Assembly (NCBI GenBank): GCA_951406725.2
Contig: OX597817.1
Span: 102,424,001 to 102,488,000 of the forward strand
Direction of reading: 5' to 3'
DNA length: 64,000 bases
Source: Octopus vulgaris
Taxonomy: Eukaryota
The position numbers and the translations under genes were made by a program. The notes below the pieces were generated by a model, which saw only the letters and a list, made by a program, of their open reading frames with translations, did no database searches and had not been told where the DNA came from. Of this stretch, positions 13,508-29,454 are shown piece after piece (the first letter of the stretch is position 1; each line of letters opens with the position of its first letter).

Positions 13508-14811
13508 TATACAGCACTAGTGATTCACTCCATCTCTGTTTACTTTCTCGCGCGATATGATTGTACAGGCAACAACAATCGTATCGAGCGAGAGATCCTG
13601 GGTAGCAATGAACTTAATCAACTACTTGAAATTGATTAATATACTATTTGACATGTTTTAGGTACTCTCGTTTGCTAAGCCACGTTAATTACATATGTAA
13701 ATATAAGTTTTTAATTAACGTACATTTTAGCATTTCTATGAAAAATAAGCAGATTTACCTTCCAGAAAATTTTATGAAATTGAATAGTTTCTAGTTTTGT
13801 TGTACTATCATCCGTGGAAAGAAAATGAGTATTTGCTTTTGGGTGGATGTCTAATAAAACTAGAATCTATTTAGATTCTATCTTTTATCTTTTCAGGGAA
13901 AGATAAGGCTTGTAGTATAACAACCTTATTCCCTTTTTTTTCTAGCGACACTAAATTGTATATTCATTAAAGACATACACGTTGCATGGTAAACACACAC
14001 ACGTGTGTGTGTGCGCGCACGTGCATGAGCGCGCGTGTGTGAACCAAAAATCTTGCACAGACGGAAAGAAGGAAACATACGCCAAGCAGAAAAAACATAC
14101 AACAGGCGTAGACATGCTTATTCCCTCTGGAGTTATTGACTAAATATCAGCCCAATTTCCATATCTACGATAATTTTGTCTAATTTGGCGGTATGAGAAA
14201 CATAAACTACTGGGATATTTAAATAAGTGGACATGAACGACAGACACAAACAGAAAAAAATATCAGCAAAATACAATAACAAGATAAGTTGAGGTATTTA
14301 GTCTGAAAGGTAAATGAAGACGAGATATGAAGAGAACGGAATAAAATTATATACAACGAAGAAACGAATAGACAAGGACAATGACAGAAAAAAAATTAAG
14401 CGATATATGACAAGAACAATTTTTACTTACAATGCATTTTCGTACATATCTAATTTACTTGCGTTCCATTTCGCACGAGTTATTTATTATGTGCAACGTC
14501 TACGGCTCTTTTCAAAGTCACCGACAGTGTTGAAAGAAGGAACTTAACTTCAGGTCCGATACCTGAATCGAATGCTCCCTAAAAGCACCGAAAACCTCGG
14601 CGTTTATTGATATCTGTTGCATGACAATCATTCGACTTTCCCCTATGAGATTTTCCAATCCCCTTTGACATTCTTCAGTTATCCAGTTTTAGCTTTACCT
14701 AGATTTATACATTTTAACAATAGTCTTCACTCACTTCTAATTATTGAACGATAACAAGAATCATGCAGGTCAGAATGTACTGAATTTGATCAATCATAGG
14801 CTAATGTAATC

Positions 14812-14855
<44 letters not shown>

Positions 14856-15009
14856 ACATTCATTCCTTGCTCTAAAACTATCTTTATTTCTTCTACAAAT
14901 TTTATCTGCACTAAATATTCATTTATTGAAGAATTTTTGGTACCCAATGAAAAATATCTTACAAATGTTCTGTATACTGAGCTTCGTTTGTCATTAATTC
15001 ATTAGAATA

Positions 15010-15400
15010 GCACAGGCATGGTTGTATGGTAAGAAGCTTGCTTCCCAACCACATGGTTCCGGATTCAGTCCTACTGCGTGGCGCCATGGGCAAGTGTCTT
15101 CTAATATAGCCTCAGTCCGACCAAAGCCTTGTGAGTGGATTTGGTGATCGGAAACTGAAAGAAGTCCATCGTATATACATCTCTGTATATCTGTGTTTAA
15201 CCCCACCTCCTGCTACCGCTTGACGACCAGTGTTGTTGTAACTTAGCGGTTCGGCAAAAGACACTGGTAGAGTAAGTATCAAGCTTACCAAAAAATAAGT
15301 ACTGGGGTCGATTCATTCGACTACAAATTCTTCAAAGCAGTGCCCCAGCATGGCCACAGTCTAATGACTAAAACAAGTAAAAACAAGTAAAAAAAAGATA
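15010..15400 (+). mobile_element. tRNA-derived SINE (family A, RTE-like tail)
   Basis: Pol III A/B-box-like head (ggcatggttgtatggtaagaag...ggattcagtcc) and tail cagcatggccacagtctaatgactaaaac. Homologs at 18805, 45570 and 57920; tail fragments at about 1505, 5450 and 22530. Confidence 0.8.
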
Positions 15401-15839
15401 AGAATAGTTTTGGCTCTTTTTCACTTTTTCTTTTTTTTTTTTTTTTTTTTCTTTGCTATTTTTTACACTGGTTGTTTGTATTGATAACCACGAAGAAGTG
15501 ATTGCTGCTATTTTAACTCCAATTGAAAGCGGAACTTTTCAGCATCGCTTTATTCTTATCAAATCAAATAAATAATTTGATATAAATAAACAACTTCTGG
15601 AAGTTTTTAAAATTATATTTATACGACATTGCTTAACATCAGAAAAATAATATGCACTTAACAATATCGTCTTTAGTTGCATATGCAGTTATCTAGTATG
15701 CACACACACACACATACATGGACACACGCACACACACATGCACAAACACATTCACACTTACGTATGTGTGTGTTGCGTTGTTACTCTTTTAGGCTTTTCT
15801 TGTCTCATTCATTGAACAGCAGACATAATTGAGTCAAAG

Positions 15840-16427
15840 CCCTGATCCCCAACGTGGGGCATGGTAATTAATATTTTGGTGGGACATGCGTAGGGTTATG
15901 CTAAATTTTTATACCTATTGTACACAAAGTTTAGTATACCAATAGAGAAAGGGGGCAATTTGAGAATAAGTAATTAAAAAAAATCTTTACATTCCTTCTG
16001 TGGACAATTTTAACAAATTTTGGACAAATTTAGAGACAACAGGTCATTGTCATCATATTCATAAGATCTGATGTCACTAAAGAGGGATTAGATTTAGTGG
16101 TATGTGAAAACATGTAATTACAAACGCGTATGTGTGTGTATGTGTGTTTCTGTGTGCTTGCATGTGTGTGTAGTATAGAACTGGTCAGTACTGGAAGCAA
16201 TGCCATCTTAATTCCCCATGCAGAAACAAACTGGAGACAGACTTATGTGCGTGGATGTGTCTAACAGTATTGACTCTTTTATCTCTGGTGACAAAATATC
16301 TTAGGTACGCAAGAAAAATGTGTTGCTGCAGAGTGTTGATAGGACAATAAATGGCGTTGCGGGGTGAGGGATGAAAGAATTCAATGGTGTGAAAAGGGTT
16401 GAAATGGAGTGGAAGAGAAAGAGGCAG

Positions 16428-16467
<40 letters not shown>

Positions 16468-16480
16468 GGGGTAGGAGAGA

Positions 16481-16524
<44 letters not shown>

Positions 16525-17686
16525 TGGTACCGGTAGTGCACACATACACATACACACGTATATATACATATGAACAGAGATGAAAATTAACAGGTCATTT
16601 TATTCCCATCATTGATACAAAGGTTTGTTGCAGCTGAGAAGATTCACGGAATATTTTTTGTTTGTTTTTGAGCATATTCTCCGAAAGTTTATACTGAAAT
16701 CTTTTTGAAGAAATTGTTGAAAAAATTTGCTTGAACTGAAATCTCTTCGTGTTTGTATTAAAGGTATAACTACAGATTTCTCTCCCCCCGCCAACTTTGG
16801 ATGATCATAACTTTCAGGAGAAAATGAAACAAATATGGGCGACTTGTTCAGAAACACCCGCGAGTGGGTAACAGTTCTCAAAAATACCCCTCAATTGTTC
16901 CCCCCCCCTCCCCAAATTCCTAAGTTCTCGGAATCTACATAGTTCGAGGTATATTTGCAGAGAATTTCATTTAAAAATATCCATTTTCTTGAAAGTTAAG
17001 ACGAATTAAAGTGGACTCCGGTGAATTTTCCGAAATGTCCTACCCAACTAAAACACTCCCCCCGATTTTGTATATTTGGAATCTACATGATATAACACAT
17101 ATTCGTAGACAATTTCATAAAAAATATCCATTTTTCTGAAAGTTATGATCATCTAAAGGCGCAGAAATCTGTAGTTATGCTGATTCAAAAGTACATAAAA
17201 TGAGTAGTGCAAGTAAAAAAAAGTTCGTCATTATTCAGAGGAATATTTAAATTTTGGATTTATACACGCTAACCAAGATAAACTGTCACCAAGTTATGGG
17301 CGAAACACTCGGATCTTGAGAATTTTCGAAGTCCTCTCCCCACACATCGGAAAAAATTTCTTTATAATCGTAATCTATGCCGGTTGATAGGTATTTATAT
17401 AAAATTTCATTTAAAAAAAAACATTTTCCCAAAAGTTATGAGGGAAAAACTAGGATCTTGTGACCTTTCCGAATTCCCCACCCCCGTTGCTTTCCGTGCA
17501 TTTTTTTCATATTCGTTTCCTACACATTTTTTTACATCCGTTGCACTATTTTTTATATTTTGTTTCCGGGTAATATTGTAAGCATTAACCAAATTTTGAA
17601 TTAAAAAAATAAAATAATACAAGGGGGCATCAGGATTTTAGAAATGATTCGATGGGGCATGGCCAAAAGTCGGTTGGGAGCCAATG
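15840..17686. mobile_element. Degenerate hAT-like MITE ends enclosing nested insertions
   Basis: Ends cctgatccccaacgtggggc and ggggcatggcc...ggttgggagccaatg resemble CAGTGGTTCCCAAC TIRs. The interior (16590-17590) has subrepeats of about 130 bp. Confidence 0.4.
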
Positions 17687-17889
17687 AGTAAAAGAGTTCG
17701 ATCATATGGACTTATTGCTGTCAAGTTTGCCTGGTGCTTAGTTTAGACATGTCCAATCACAACTTAAAATTCCTTCTCACCACGCGGGTTATGTCCATTA
17801 AATGACACGTGTTACATAAAGAACATAAGCACACGCATGCACGCGCGCACACACACACATACATGTACATGCATGTGTATATATATATC

Positions 17890-18163
17890 ACCGTGATCAC
17901 CGTGACCGACCAGGCTATCAGATGTTGCTACACATCGCTGGTCTCAATGCGCTTCGCATTGTTTTAGCCTTCACAGGACGCCACCCCGCTGGCTAAGCGA
18001 GCAGACCAACAGAAGAAAGAATGAGAGAAAGTTGTGTCGAAGGAGTACAGCAGGGATCGCGGAGCTTTTAGGTGTTTTCGCTCAATAAACACTCACAACG
18101 CCCGGTATGGGAATCGAAACCGCGATCCTACAACCGCGAGTCCGCTGCCCTAACCACTGGGCC
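17890..18163 (-). mobile_element. tRNA-derived SINE
   Basis: Minus-strand head GGCCCAGTGGTTAGGGCAGCGGACTCGCGG...GGTTTCGATTCCC (A and B boxes). Confidence 0.8.
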
Positions 18164-18196
18164 ATATATATATATACACACAAACATACATATATA

Positions 18197-18804
18197 TTAG
18201 GTTGGCAACTAAGTTCCCGCTGTATTTTTTAATTTAAATTTTTTAAAAGGTTTAATAAAAAATAACAACTAATTAATCCATGATGTATTGGCTCTTGTTG
18301 TTTACTTCTTTTTGCCAACGTTCAACAAGATTTTCAATTACTCGTTGGTAGAAACCACCCGATTTCGACCCGAAAAAACGATCCAACCAAGTTCTCAATT
18401 CTGTATCAGTATTGAACGAATCTCCGCACATGGTATTTGAAAGGGATCGAAAGAGGTTGAAATCCGTTGGTGCCAAATCAGGAGAGTACGGCGGGTGTGG
18501 CAGCACTTCCCAGCCATGCGTTTGAATGGCTTCCTTGGTCATATTGGCGATATGAGAGCCGGCGTTGTCGTGCAGCAGAACTCCATGCTGCCGATTAGGT
18601 TTTTTTCTCTTGAATAGCCGTGTTGAGTCGTTCCATCTGTTGAACGTAGAGTTCCGTGTTGACCGTTTAGTTCCGTTCAAGCAATTCGTAATGGATAATT
18701 GCTTGCCAGTTCCACCATACGCACAACATCGTTTTACGCGGATGAAGATCTTGCTTCACGCGCGGTGTCGCTTGTTTACCGGAGCCAAGCCATTCTTTTT
18801 GCTG
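18197..18804 (-). mobile_element. Mariner (DD34D) transposase C-terminal fragment with TIR
   Basis: Motifs KTMLCVWW, LLHDNA and HPPYSPDLAPTDFNLFRSL. TIR TA|TTAGGTTGGCAACTAAG at 18197. Confidence 0.92.
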
Positions 18805-19110
18805 TAAGAAGCTTGCTTCCCAAACATATGGCTTCGGGTGCAGTACCATTGAGTGGCATCTTGGTCAAATGTCTTCTACTATTTGGAGACGAAAACTGAA
18901 AGAAGCCCGGCCTATATATGTGTGTGTATGTGCGTGTGTTTATCCCGGTCTTGACAACCGGTGTTGGTTTGTTTACATCCTCGTAACTTAGCGGTTCGGC
19001 AAAAAGAGACTGATAGAATAATACCAGTCTTAAAAAAAAAATGGAGACGATTTATTCGACTGAAAGTTCTTTAAAGGGATGCCCCGACATCATCGCAGTC
19101 TAATAACTGT
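18805..19110 (+). mobile_element. SINE family A, truncating the mariner
   Basis: Homologous to 15010-15400. Confidence 0.75.
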
Positions 19111-19312
19111 AGGGTAGGTGTGAGAGGCCGGATCTGGCCAGTTTGCACATAGACCGGATATGGACGGTTTAAATTTTAAAGAGTTTGCTTTTTATGCAGT
19201 TATCTTTTTCATTCTGTATTTATGTGCCTATATGTTGTGTTGTTAGTCGTTAGTCATGGTATTACATTCATTTATGTGTGCTAGCCATTGACTTTATTAT
19301 TTATACAGCCGT

Positions 19313-19757
19313 TAAGGTGGCCAACTGGCAAAACCGTTACCGGTGCCGAACAAAATGCTTCACAACATTTCTTCCGGCTCTTTACATTGAGTTCGAATTT
19401 CGTCTTCATTCTTTCGGGGCAAATGAAATGAGTACCATTGAGCATTGGGATTGATGTAACCGACTAGTTCCCTCTATCCAAAATTCAAGCCTTGTACCTA
19501 TAGTTAAAAAAAAAAGAAATATATATTTATTTCTACAACTTTTAAGATGGTGAGCTGGCAGAATCGTTAGCATGCCAGACAAAATGCTTAGCATTTCTTA
19601 TGGCTTTATGTTCTGAGGTCAAATTCCACCGAAGTCGACTTCGCCTTTCATCCTTTCCGGGTAGATGAAATAAGTACCAGTCAAGTACTGGGCTCGATGT
19701 AATCGACTTGGCCCCCTCTCACAAAATTTATGGTATAGTACCTATTGTAGAAAGAAT
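19313..19757 (+). mobile_element. Two tandem tRNA-derived SINEs (family B, CORE-like)
   Basis: aaggtgg..ctggcagaatcgttagc...gagttcaaattcc...gtcgacttcgcctttcatcctttc...gataaaataagtaccag. Confidence 0.8.
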
Positions 19758-20666
19758 AGCTTATACAGCCATTACACTTCTAAATTGTATTTCATGCGTC
19801 CGATAATTATAATGTTACACCTTATACGACGGTGAATTATATCATCTCTAAGAGGTGCATTTTAAACAGTTTGTAGTTATAAAGTTATACTATATACAGT
19901 TAATGCTACGCAGTATTAATGTTAAGTTTTATACACTTAGTGGTTATGATGTTGCATTAATGTGGGAGGGATTTGCTGCATGAAGTCATTATTTACAATG
20001 TTTGGAACCTGCAAACATATAAATAAACCTTGATTTTAGTTCTCTTTAGTCGCAGTTTAATAACAATAGACTGATATGTACGCCACTACACATTTCACCT
20101 ATTGGTATCAAATAGCAGTTACACAGAGAAGCTAATTTCTATTTTTTTTTGTCTTTCGTTTTGTTATACTCGCTTATATATTTGGCCTCATGTTCTCTGT
20201 ATCACTCTCTCTTTGTTTCTCTCTTCCTTCCTTTTCCCCTGTTTTATACATTCCTCAGTTATATACACCCCACTCTTTCTAACTACTTATTTCCTTACAT
20301 CAATCAATCTTCCTCTTCATATTTTGACATCCACCTGTTCCAACCCTCTTTTTCCGTCTCCTCTCTCAATCATCCACTTACTTTATTTATCATTTATACA
20401 AAACACTTTCAGTGGAAATCATGACGCAGACCTGGGTGGGAACACAAAGATAGGGAGTTCCATACTGAAAACGAACTTTGATCTTCCAAATCTTGATTAG
20501 TGACGCTTAATAAACAAAGTGGATTTAACTGTAGATAGATGGAGTTGTTGTCATGGGAAACGAGTCTTTCTCCCGCACCTACGGAAAATATTAATGATGC
20601 GTATAATTGACGAAAGATTAACTTGCCCAACCGACATAGATTCCTGTGCTGCACACACGTATGGAA

Positions 20667-20731
<65 letters not shown>

Positions 20732-20823
20732 TATTGACAGACAATTTAAACAAAAGAATCAACAAACATTCAACTACCTGCTAAACATATACCTATATAC
20801 ATATTTGTATACATACATATATA

Positions 20824-22495
<1,672 letters not shown>

Positions 22496-22699
22496 CTCTT
22501 TACTCTTTTACTCTTTTACTCTTTTATTTGTTTCAGTCATTTGACTGCGGCCATGCTGGAGCACCGCCTGTGTGTATATATGTATATACACACACACATA
22601 CAGCACTACACACTTCTCGCCCCTTGTACATGTGTGTGTGTGTGTGTGTGTATGTATGTGTGTATGTTTGCGCGCGCGCGTGTATAATGGCAGCAAACT

Positions 22700-23230
22700 C
22701 ATGTTCGAGTATTGCAATCGCCTGATCGAAAGTCGCACACATTCAAAGGCTATAACCAACCATTTTGGTGATAGCTCTTGCGTTTTTACAACCAATGCCT
22801 GTGCATGATGATTTTTTATAGTTAGGAAAGTATTTGCACAAATCCAGTCCCACTCTCTGAACATGGACAACATAAATTCGGAATGAAGAACTAGTCTACA
22901 TCACTGAATATTGTCAGTGTCGCAGGTTTTCTCTGAGTTTCTCTCTATTAGAGAGATGTTGTAACAACATGGGGCCTCCCACTCCCAATGGGCCAAGCAT
23001 GCGCTTGGACACCAACCCATGTACATATATACACATGTACACATATTATTGGATGGCCGTTGACTGATCATGAGCTCTTCCGCCCTTTCATAGACCTTAT
23101 TTTTCCTCCTGCAGAGTATCCAACAATCACCCTCCTCACCAAGGAAGCTTGATGGGGTTGCCAATTTAATTGCCAACGACCCGACCATGCAACAGGTTGT
23201 ATTGGGTTACAAGTCATCAGTAGCGCCCAA
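22700..23230 (-). mobile_element. Possible RTE-type LINE 5' UTR/endonuclease remnant
   Basis: Weak WICANTF similarity and an RTE-like UTR composition. Confidence 0.3.
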
Positions 23231-23406
23231 ATGCGACTCCACACACACATACACACACACACACACACTTACACTCTCTCTTATATAATTTGGAATCTGA
23301 GAAAAGTGATCAGAATCTCCCTTGGCAGAAACCATAATCAATGAGTTTGGACAGATTTACCGTGCCCAGTCGCCATGACTAGCCGCCGCTGCTGCTGCTA
23401 CTACTA

Positions 23407-23453
<47 letters not shown>

Positions 23454-25179
23454 TGCCACTACTGCTGCTGCTGCTGCTACTGCTGTGGCTGTTGCTGCTT
23501 TCAGCGATACCCTCGTGCTCCAAAGTATTGTCAAAATCATTTGTTGAAATTACATTAATTGGTGGCAGTGGTGATGATGGTAGTTGTCCCTTTGGGAGAT
23601 AAATGTTGCAATTTGTGTTAAAGTAACAGAGTGTCTTCCATTGTAAATGATTTGATATTTAAACCTCCTGGTGAGAACTTGACCGAGAGAATTTTTGCCT
23701 CATTTAAGTTTGGTATAGTAATTTGCATTTCATTCAATATATGGTAGAGAACGCTGACCACTAGAAACTTTTGTGTGCCTCGAAAATATTGATAAATGCC
23801 ATATCTCTTTATTTGTAAAGAAGGCACTTGAAACTTTGTTTTCATGTCGTGTATTTTGGCTAAGTAAAGTTGACATTTCTCTTCAAGCTGCTGTATCCAC
23901 AAAAGTAGAACTCGCTACTACAGGAGGAACTAACGAAATTCTCGTCAATTTCATAGTGTTACCATTGTTTATGTGTATCAGTTGTTTCTGTCATGTGAAA
24001 CCATCTGCTCTGTATTTATCTACTCTTTTTATTCTGTAGAATTACAATTGTCTTCTCTTTTCTCGCATCGATTTGATATGATTCGATCTTAAAAAGATTC
24101 CTACCTTCTCCTGTAAGTATTTCAAATTAAATATATCATTATAACCATTAGTTCTGTCAGGCTATGTCTTTGGGCCTTAACTTATGCTATATTCTTAAAT
24201 GGTGTTTGGGATGTTTGGGAAAAAAGAAACAGACCATTTCTTATTGAAAAAAGAAAAAAAATTGAAATATGAAGATATCACGATTAAGAAGTTCGAAAGA
24301 GTATCAACTAAATCACCTTCTTGCATATTATTTTGAAACTGATATCAGAGTAGCAATTATATCAACATAGCTTTTCTGAGTTTTGTATTTATTTATGGCT
24401 TAATTCATTCGTAAATATCCTTTTTTAAACGTCTTACATGAGCTACAAGTCGCAAATATTCACATGAATGTTCTGGATTCTAATTCCCTAGTTTCTGCAT
24501 TTAAAGTGTGCAATTCAAATGATGTTTTCGAAAAAAGATCGAGTTGTCTTCGGTATAGTTCTCCTAACTGGGGTTTATTTTTCTGTTTTTGCTAAGCCCT
24601 TTTTATTGACATCTGATTGTTAACTCATGTATACTACTGTAACTTAGTTATTCATGAGTAGGAAATTATTTAGAGATTACCTATGACATTTGTGGTTGAA
24701 GACGGTTTAAATCCAACTAATTAATTACTAGTTAAAGAAAGGATGGTGGAAATCGAGCTGGTTTGAAAACCCCTTTCTATAGAGATTTATGTTGGTTATT
24801 ACTCTTTCTATTATGTGACATTAGAACTGTCCTTTATTTGTCACACCGTTAATGTATTGCTCTTTTATTTATTACTTTATCTTCGATATATGAAAGCGTG
24901 CTATAATGTCAAGAGCTGGTTTTTGTTTTTAGTAATCAATTCAGGTCAATCAATTTACTGTGAGAAAAGAAGTAAAAATAATAATGTATACACGATATTT
25001 TAGGGAAGAGTAAAATTGTCATACGACATAAAAAACAGATTAGAATTCAATAAAAATATAAAACAAAAGAAGACACCTACACATGATGCAGAATCCAGAC
25101 ATACAGAGGCTGAGAACATGCAAATATCTTGTACACTTTGCTCTCCGAGTAATTTCTCTCTCCCGACTGCGACATCCAG

Positions 25180-26340
25180 GCAAAATGTAAAGGGTGGCTT
25201 TCTTATAATTTCTAATAATAAATTTGCTTGTGGGTAAAACCTCCCCCACCTTCATTATTTCAAGAGATACTTGAAGAAATCGATCAGCGGACGACATAAA
25301 GCTTTGTCCTCAATCAGATTCATCTCACGCGATTCAGTAGTTGTTTCACATTGTTACACTTGTCAACATTACTCGGACACTGAACCAGTGCACGAAGAAA
25401 TATTTCGTCGCTCTCCATGCACCTCGGACAGGCTCAACTGACGGCACTTTAGTGTGCATGATAATCTTGGACCACTAGACCATAAATAGTGCAATCAGCA
25501 CTTCCAGACAAACGCTTTTCTGGAAATTGTCCATAGTACCTGAACCGAAAGTTTTTGTGAATAAGCTACCTAGTCAGTTTCCGATGCCAAACGTCTTTAT
25601 GAGAACGTGGTGAACTGCCCAACTAGTAGAAGACCGTGAGTACCTGATGGCATTCCAAATGCCTGACGTCCAATTTTGGTCTACACTTCATTCAGATTGT
25701 ATTTCTGTCAGATTGTATTTCCACGAGCTGTAGGGTTAAGGCGCTTCACAAACGACAATCACACATGCTCACCATCTAAAAACATTTGCAGATATCGCAG
25801 TACCTCATTACATGCATGTGAATTATCAACCAGGGAATACCGAGCCCTCGGTGCATACGTTGATGACAGTAGTTAGACCTTTTATCAGGAGAGCCCAACT
25901 CCTCCACATGAAATGAAAGCTCAGCCGTTCCAAACTGGTCACATGCAACTTAGGGCGAGACTTCACGGTCGGGGGATACTATATAACAGACGAAAGGTAA
26001 GCGTTCACCACCTTTACCTGATCTCTCATAAATGGCATCTTCTTAACCCATTTCTGGGTGAGGTCTTACTTGAAGCCTCGACTCAGATCTTACCCACCGG
26101 AATGTCTTGGACCAAACCAGATTCCAAGCATCTTAACAAACAAGCAGTCATTGACAGACGACACTGCCGCTTGCTGACATGAATTTACTTCTTCAGGTGC
26201 CCAACTCGTCCTCTTTAATTTTTACTTCTGTTGCTAGATCATAGTCCTTCATTATAGTGCAGACTATCTTGATTTCTGGTGTGTTCGATACCCCAATGGT
26301 AACATCTTCTGAGCAGGCCGATACAGTAGTCCTATGTCCC
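25180..26340 (-). mobile_element. Tx1/L1-clade LINE ORF2 3' part (decayed)
   Basis: LTQKWVKK...KVVNAYLSSVI*Y...LERLSFHFMW...GLGIPWL, followed by a C-terminal zinc finger ACPRCMESDE...ALVQCP. Confidence 0.75.
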
Positions 26341-26499
26341 CGCTCGAGTTGTGGCACACGCGCTAAAACATTCAGCTTTTAGAGTTGTAGCTCAAGAGCA
26401 AAATTATACAGAAGCGATTGACAGACTGAATGTACAATACCAAACACTTCCGAATATCAATAATAATAATATTAATAATACTAATAATAATAATAATAA

Positions 26500-27228
26500 T
26501 ATGTATGGAGTTCACCATCCGAAAGCTAGTACCAGCAGACTGTACTTGAGGGGAGACCCGGGCGGAAGGGGCTTAATAACAGTAGAAGAATATGTACAGA
26601 GGGAAAGAAAAAATCTAGTAGAGTATTTACAAAGCAGCACAGAAAAACTATTAAAGATAGTTAATAAAGAACAGGTGATGAAGCGCGTAATAGAAGGAAA
26701 GGACACGAATACTATACAATGAGGGCATGTCAGACAGATCGAAGAGAAGCCTTTGCATGGCCAATTTTGGAGAGTCACTGAAGACGTATGTGAAACAAAA
26801 TCCTGGGCTTAGTTTAAAAAGGGGCAACTAAAAAAAGAGTGAGTCTAATTGTAGAAGCCCAAGATCAAGCGATAAAAACAAACAACTTGAGAAAAAATAT
26901 ATATGGAGAGAATGTGTCGGAAAGATGTAGAGCCAGTGGAACTTGGAACGAGACAGTGACAGAATGCTCTAAGTTGGCCCAGGAAGAATATAAGAAATGG
27001 ATGCACGATCAGGTTGTAAAGGATTTACACTGGAAACTGTGCCAGACATGAGGATTTGAACTTGGAAACATATTATACAATCACCGAGTCGAAAGGATAC
27101 TAGAGTTGGAGAAATGTAAGATTTTGTGGGACTTTCCTATTCAAACGGACAAGAAGCTAGAAAATAATAGACCAGATATAAGAATTATAAATAAGGAAAA
27201 GCGAAGTTGCTTACTTATCGACCCATCG
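26500..27228 (+). mobile_element. R4/Dong-like RLE LINE fragment in (TAA)n
   Basis: HHPKASTSRLYL...GGRGL, KPLHGQF, AQDQAIKT, HDQV...LHWKLC and KILWDFPIQTD...NRPDI. Preceded by (TAA)n. Confidence 0.88.
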
Positions 27229-27500
27229 ATTGTGAACCGTCGGGTTCACAATCAGGAGATAATGAGTTCGATTTCCGACTGGGCTGTGTTTTTTTTGTTC
27301 TTGTGTAAGACACTTATTTCACGTTTCTCCAGTTCAGTCAGCTGTAGAAATATGAGTTGCGGCGTCACTGGTGCCAAGCTGTATCGGCCTTTGCCTTTCC
27401 CTCTGATAACATTGATAGCGTGGTGACTATTGAGCTACTGCTGGTCTTCCATAAACAATCATGACCGGATTTTCTAGGTGCAATCCCATGGTAATTCATG
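27229..27500 (+). mobile_element. tRNA-derived SINE (family C)
   Basis: cacaatcaggagataatgagttcgatttcc...aagacacttatttcacg. Homologous to 30820-31125. Confidence 0.7.
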
Positions 27501-29312
27501 ACCTAAAGGGGCTTTACTCCTCAATAATATTAATATTTGTTTCTAATTTAGACACAAGGCCAGTAGTCTTTAAAAGGAAGGATTTAGTCGATTCTATTTA
27601 CACAGTACTCGAGTGGTGCTTTAGTTTATTGATCCTGAAGGACGAAAGGAAAAATAGACCGCGGCAAGATTTGAACCAAGAGCACTGAATTGAAACAAAT
27701 ATCGTAAAGTATTTCATCTGATGAGCTACAAAAACGGAAATACCTATCCTTTCTTAGAGGAACAGAAAAGAAGACGTTCTGTTCTGTAAAAGATAAAGGA
27801 AACAATATAACATCAATAAAAGAGAAGAAATCCTGAAAGAGAAAAACAGGATTAAGCGAATCATAACAGCAATGTCGTGCCGTGAGCACTCCTTTTAGAA
27901 GAAAAAGGTATATGTAAAAACTAGCAAAATAATTTACAGGAACTTCAAGAAAAAGAAAATATAATCACCCTCCAATAAAATAACTCATACAGCACATTTT
28001 GTACAACAAACAGACGAAACATCAAACCAAAAACATTAAATGAAACCTACATCAGTAAAATACTGACATTTAATCCAACAGCTCCACTATTTAACGATGA
28101 ATATCAGGAGAAATAAAGGTAAAACTGACCCTGGTGAGGTTTGAACTAAAACCCACTTATCTTATAATGATTTTACCTAAGTATGAGTGCCATAATTATG
28201 ATAACATTAATTTTTACAAAGATTTGTTGGAGGCGTGAGTTGAGTATATCGTTTCCAATATTCGACTATCCCGGAAGGATGAAAGCAAAGATGCCTTCGG
28301 CGACGTTTGGACTCAGAGTGTAAAGAATATCGTTTGGCTCTTTATGTTCGCCACACTAACGAATCTGCCAATCGACCGCCCTAGGAAGGGAACATTTGAT
28401 AATATCAGCTTCGTTATTTGAGTCATGCCCGATTGGATTTGAACGCAGACAGTATATAGGAACATCATTAAATTCTCCTAGTTTTTCGGCTGTTGCTTTA
28501 CCGATTTTACCAACAACGTCTCTACTTAATTAACATTTTGCTATTTCTTATTTGCTGTTTTACTGTTTCTCTTGTTTGTTTTTATTGTTTCTTCTTTTCA
28601 CTGTATGTTATTATTGTTGTTTTAAGGCTATTTTTATTGCTTTTCCTTCTCTTTTTATTTGTATTTGCCACTGGGACGATTGTTTGGTTATTTGTAAAGG
28701 TTGTTCTTATTCTAACTGTGATTGTTTTTGTTTCCTCACCAATTTGTGTTGTCATCGTTCTTTCTGTTTCTGCTACCATATTTTGTTGTTATTGTTGTTA
28801 AAACCAGTTTGCTTCTTTCACAAAGTTAATCTCAGGATTTAAACACGGAGAGCAAATGACGTGCCGTTTGTTTATTTTCAAGTTTACAGGTCAATTATTT
28901 TATCTGATAACATCATTTGTTTTTGTTTGTTTTATTTTACTTCTTTCCCAAACGAAATTTCAAAAGTAAATTGAAGACAGCGAAAGAGTGGCAAGGTAAA
29001 AAGAATAGATCTAGGAACGTGATGCTTTCTCTTTATCTTTTTTTTTTTTTTTAACATACCACTTTCTTAGTAACGATCAGAATCAGAAAGAATGTTAGAT
29101 ATGCAACTGATATCCGTGTAACTACGCTTGGGATTGAACGCCAGCAACTGATATTGACCCAAAATGTTTCTGCAATACATTGATTTATTGTAGATCCCTG
29201 AACCCTTGAACTTCTCAGAGACGAGATTAGTCTAAAATGGACATACTAAAAAAGAAGGGTAAAACCCAAAATAAATAAGTCAACCAACTAAAGTATATAA
29301 GGTAACTAATTT

Positions 29313-29356
<44 letters not shown>

Positions 29357-29454
29357 GTTTATCTTTCGCTCTCTCATACATATATATCTATAAGTGTGCG
29401 TGTGTGTGTGTGAGACAGAGAACGAGAGAGAGAGAGAGAGGGAGAGAGAGAGAG

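Noticed and set aside
18090-18163. tRNA-like sequences (also near 31050-31125 and other SINE heads)
   Set aside because: They are SINE heads continuous with SINE bodies, with no complete cloverleaf.
28493-28842. Hydrophobic membrane-protein-like ORFs
   Set aside because: T-rich decayed (TTG/TTA)n low-complexity sequence with no recognisable family.
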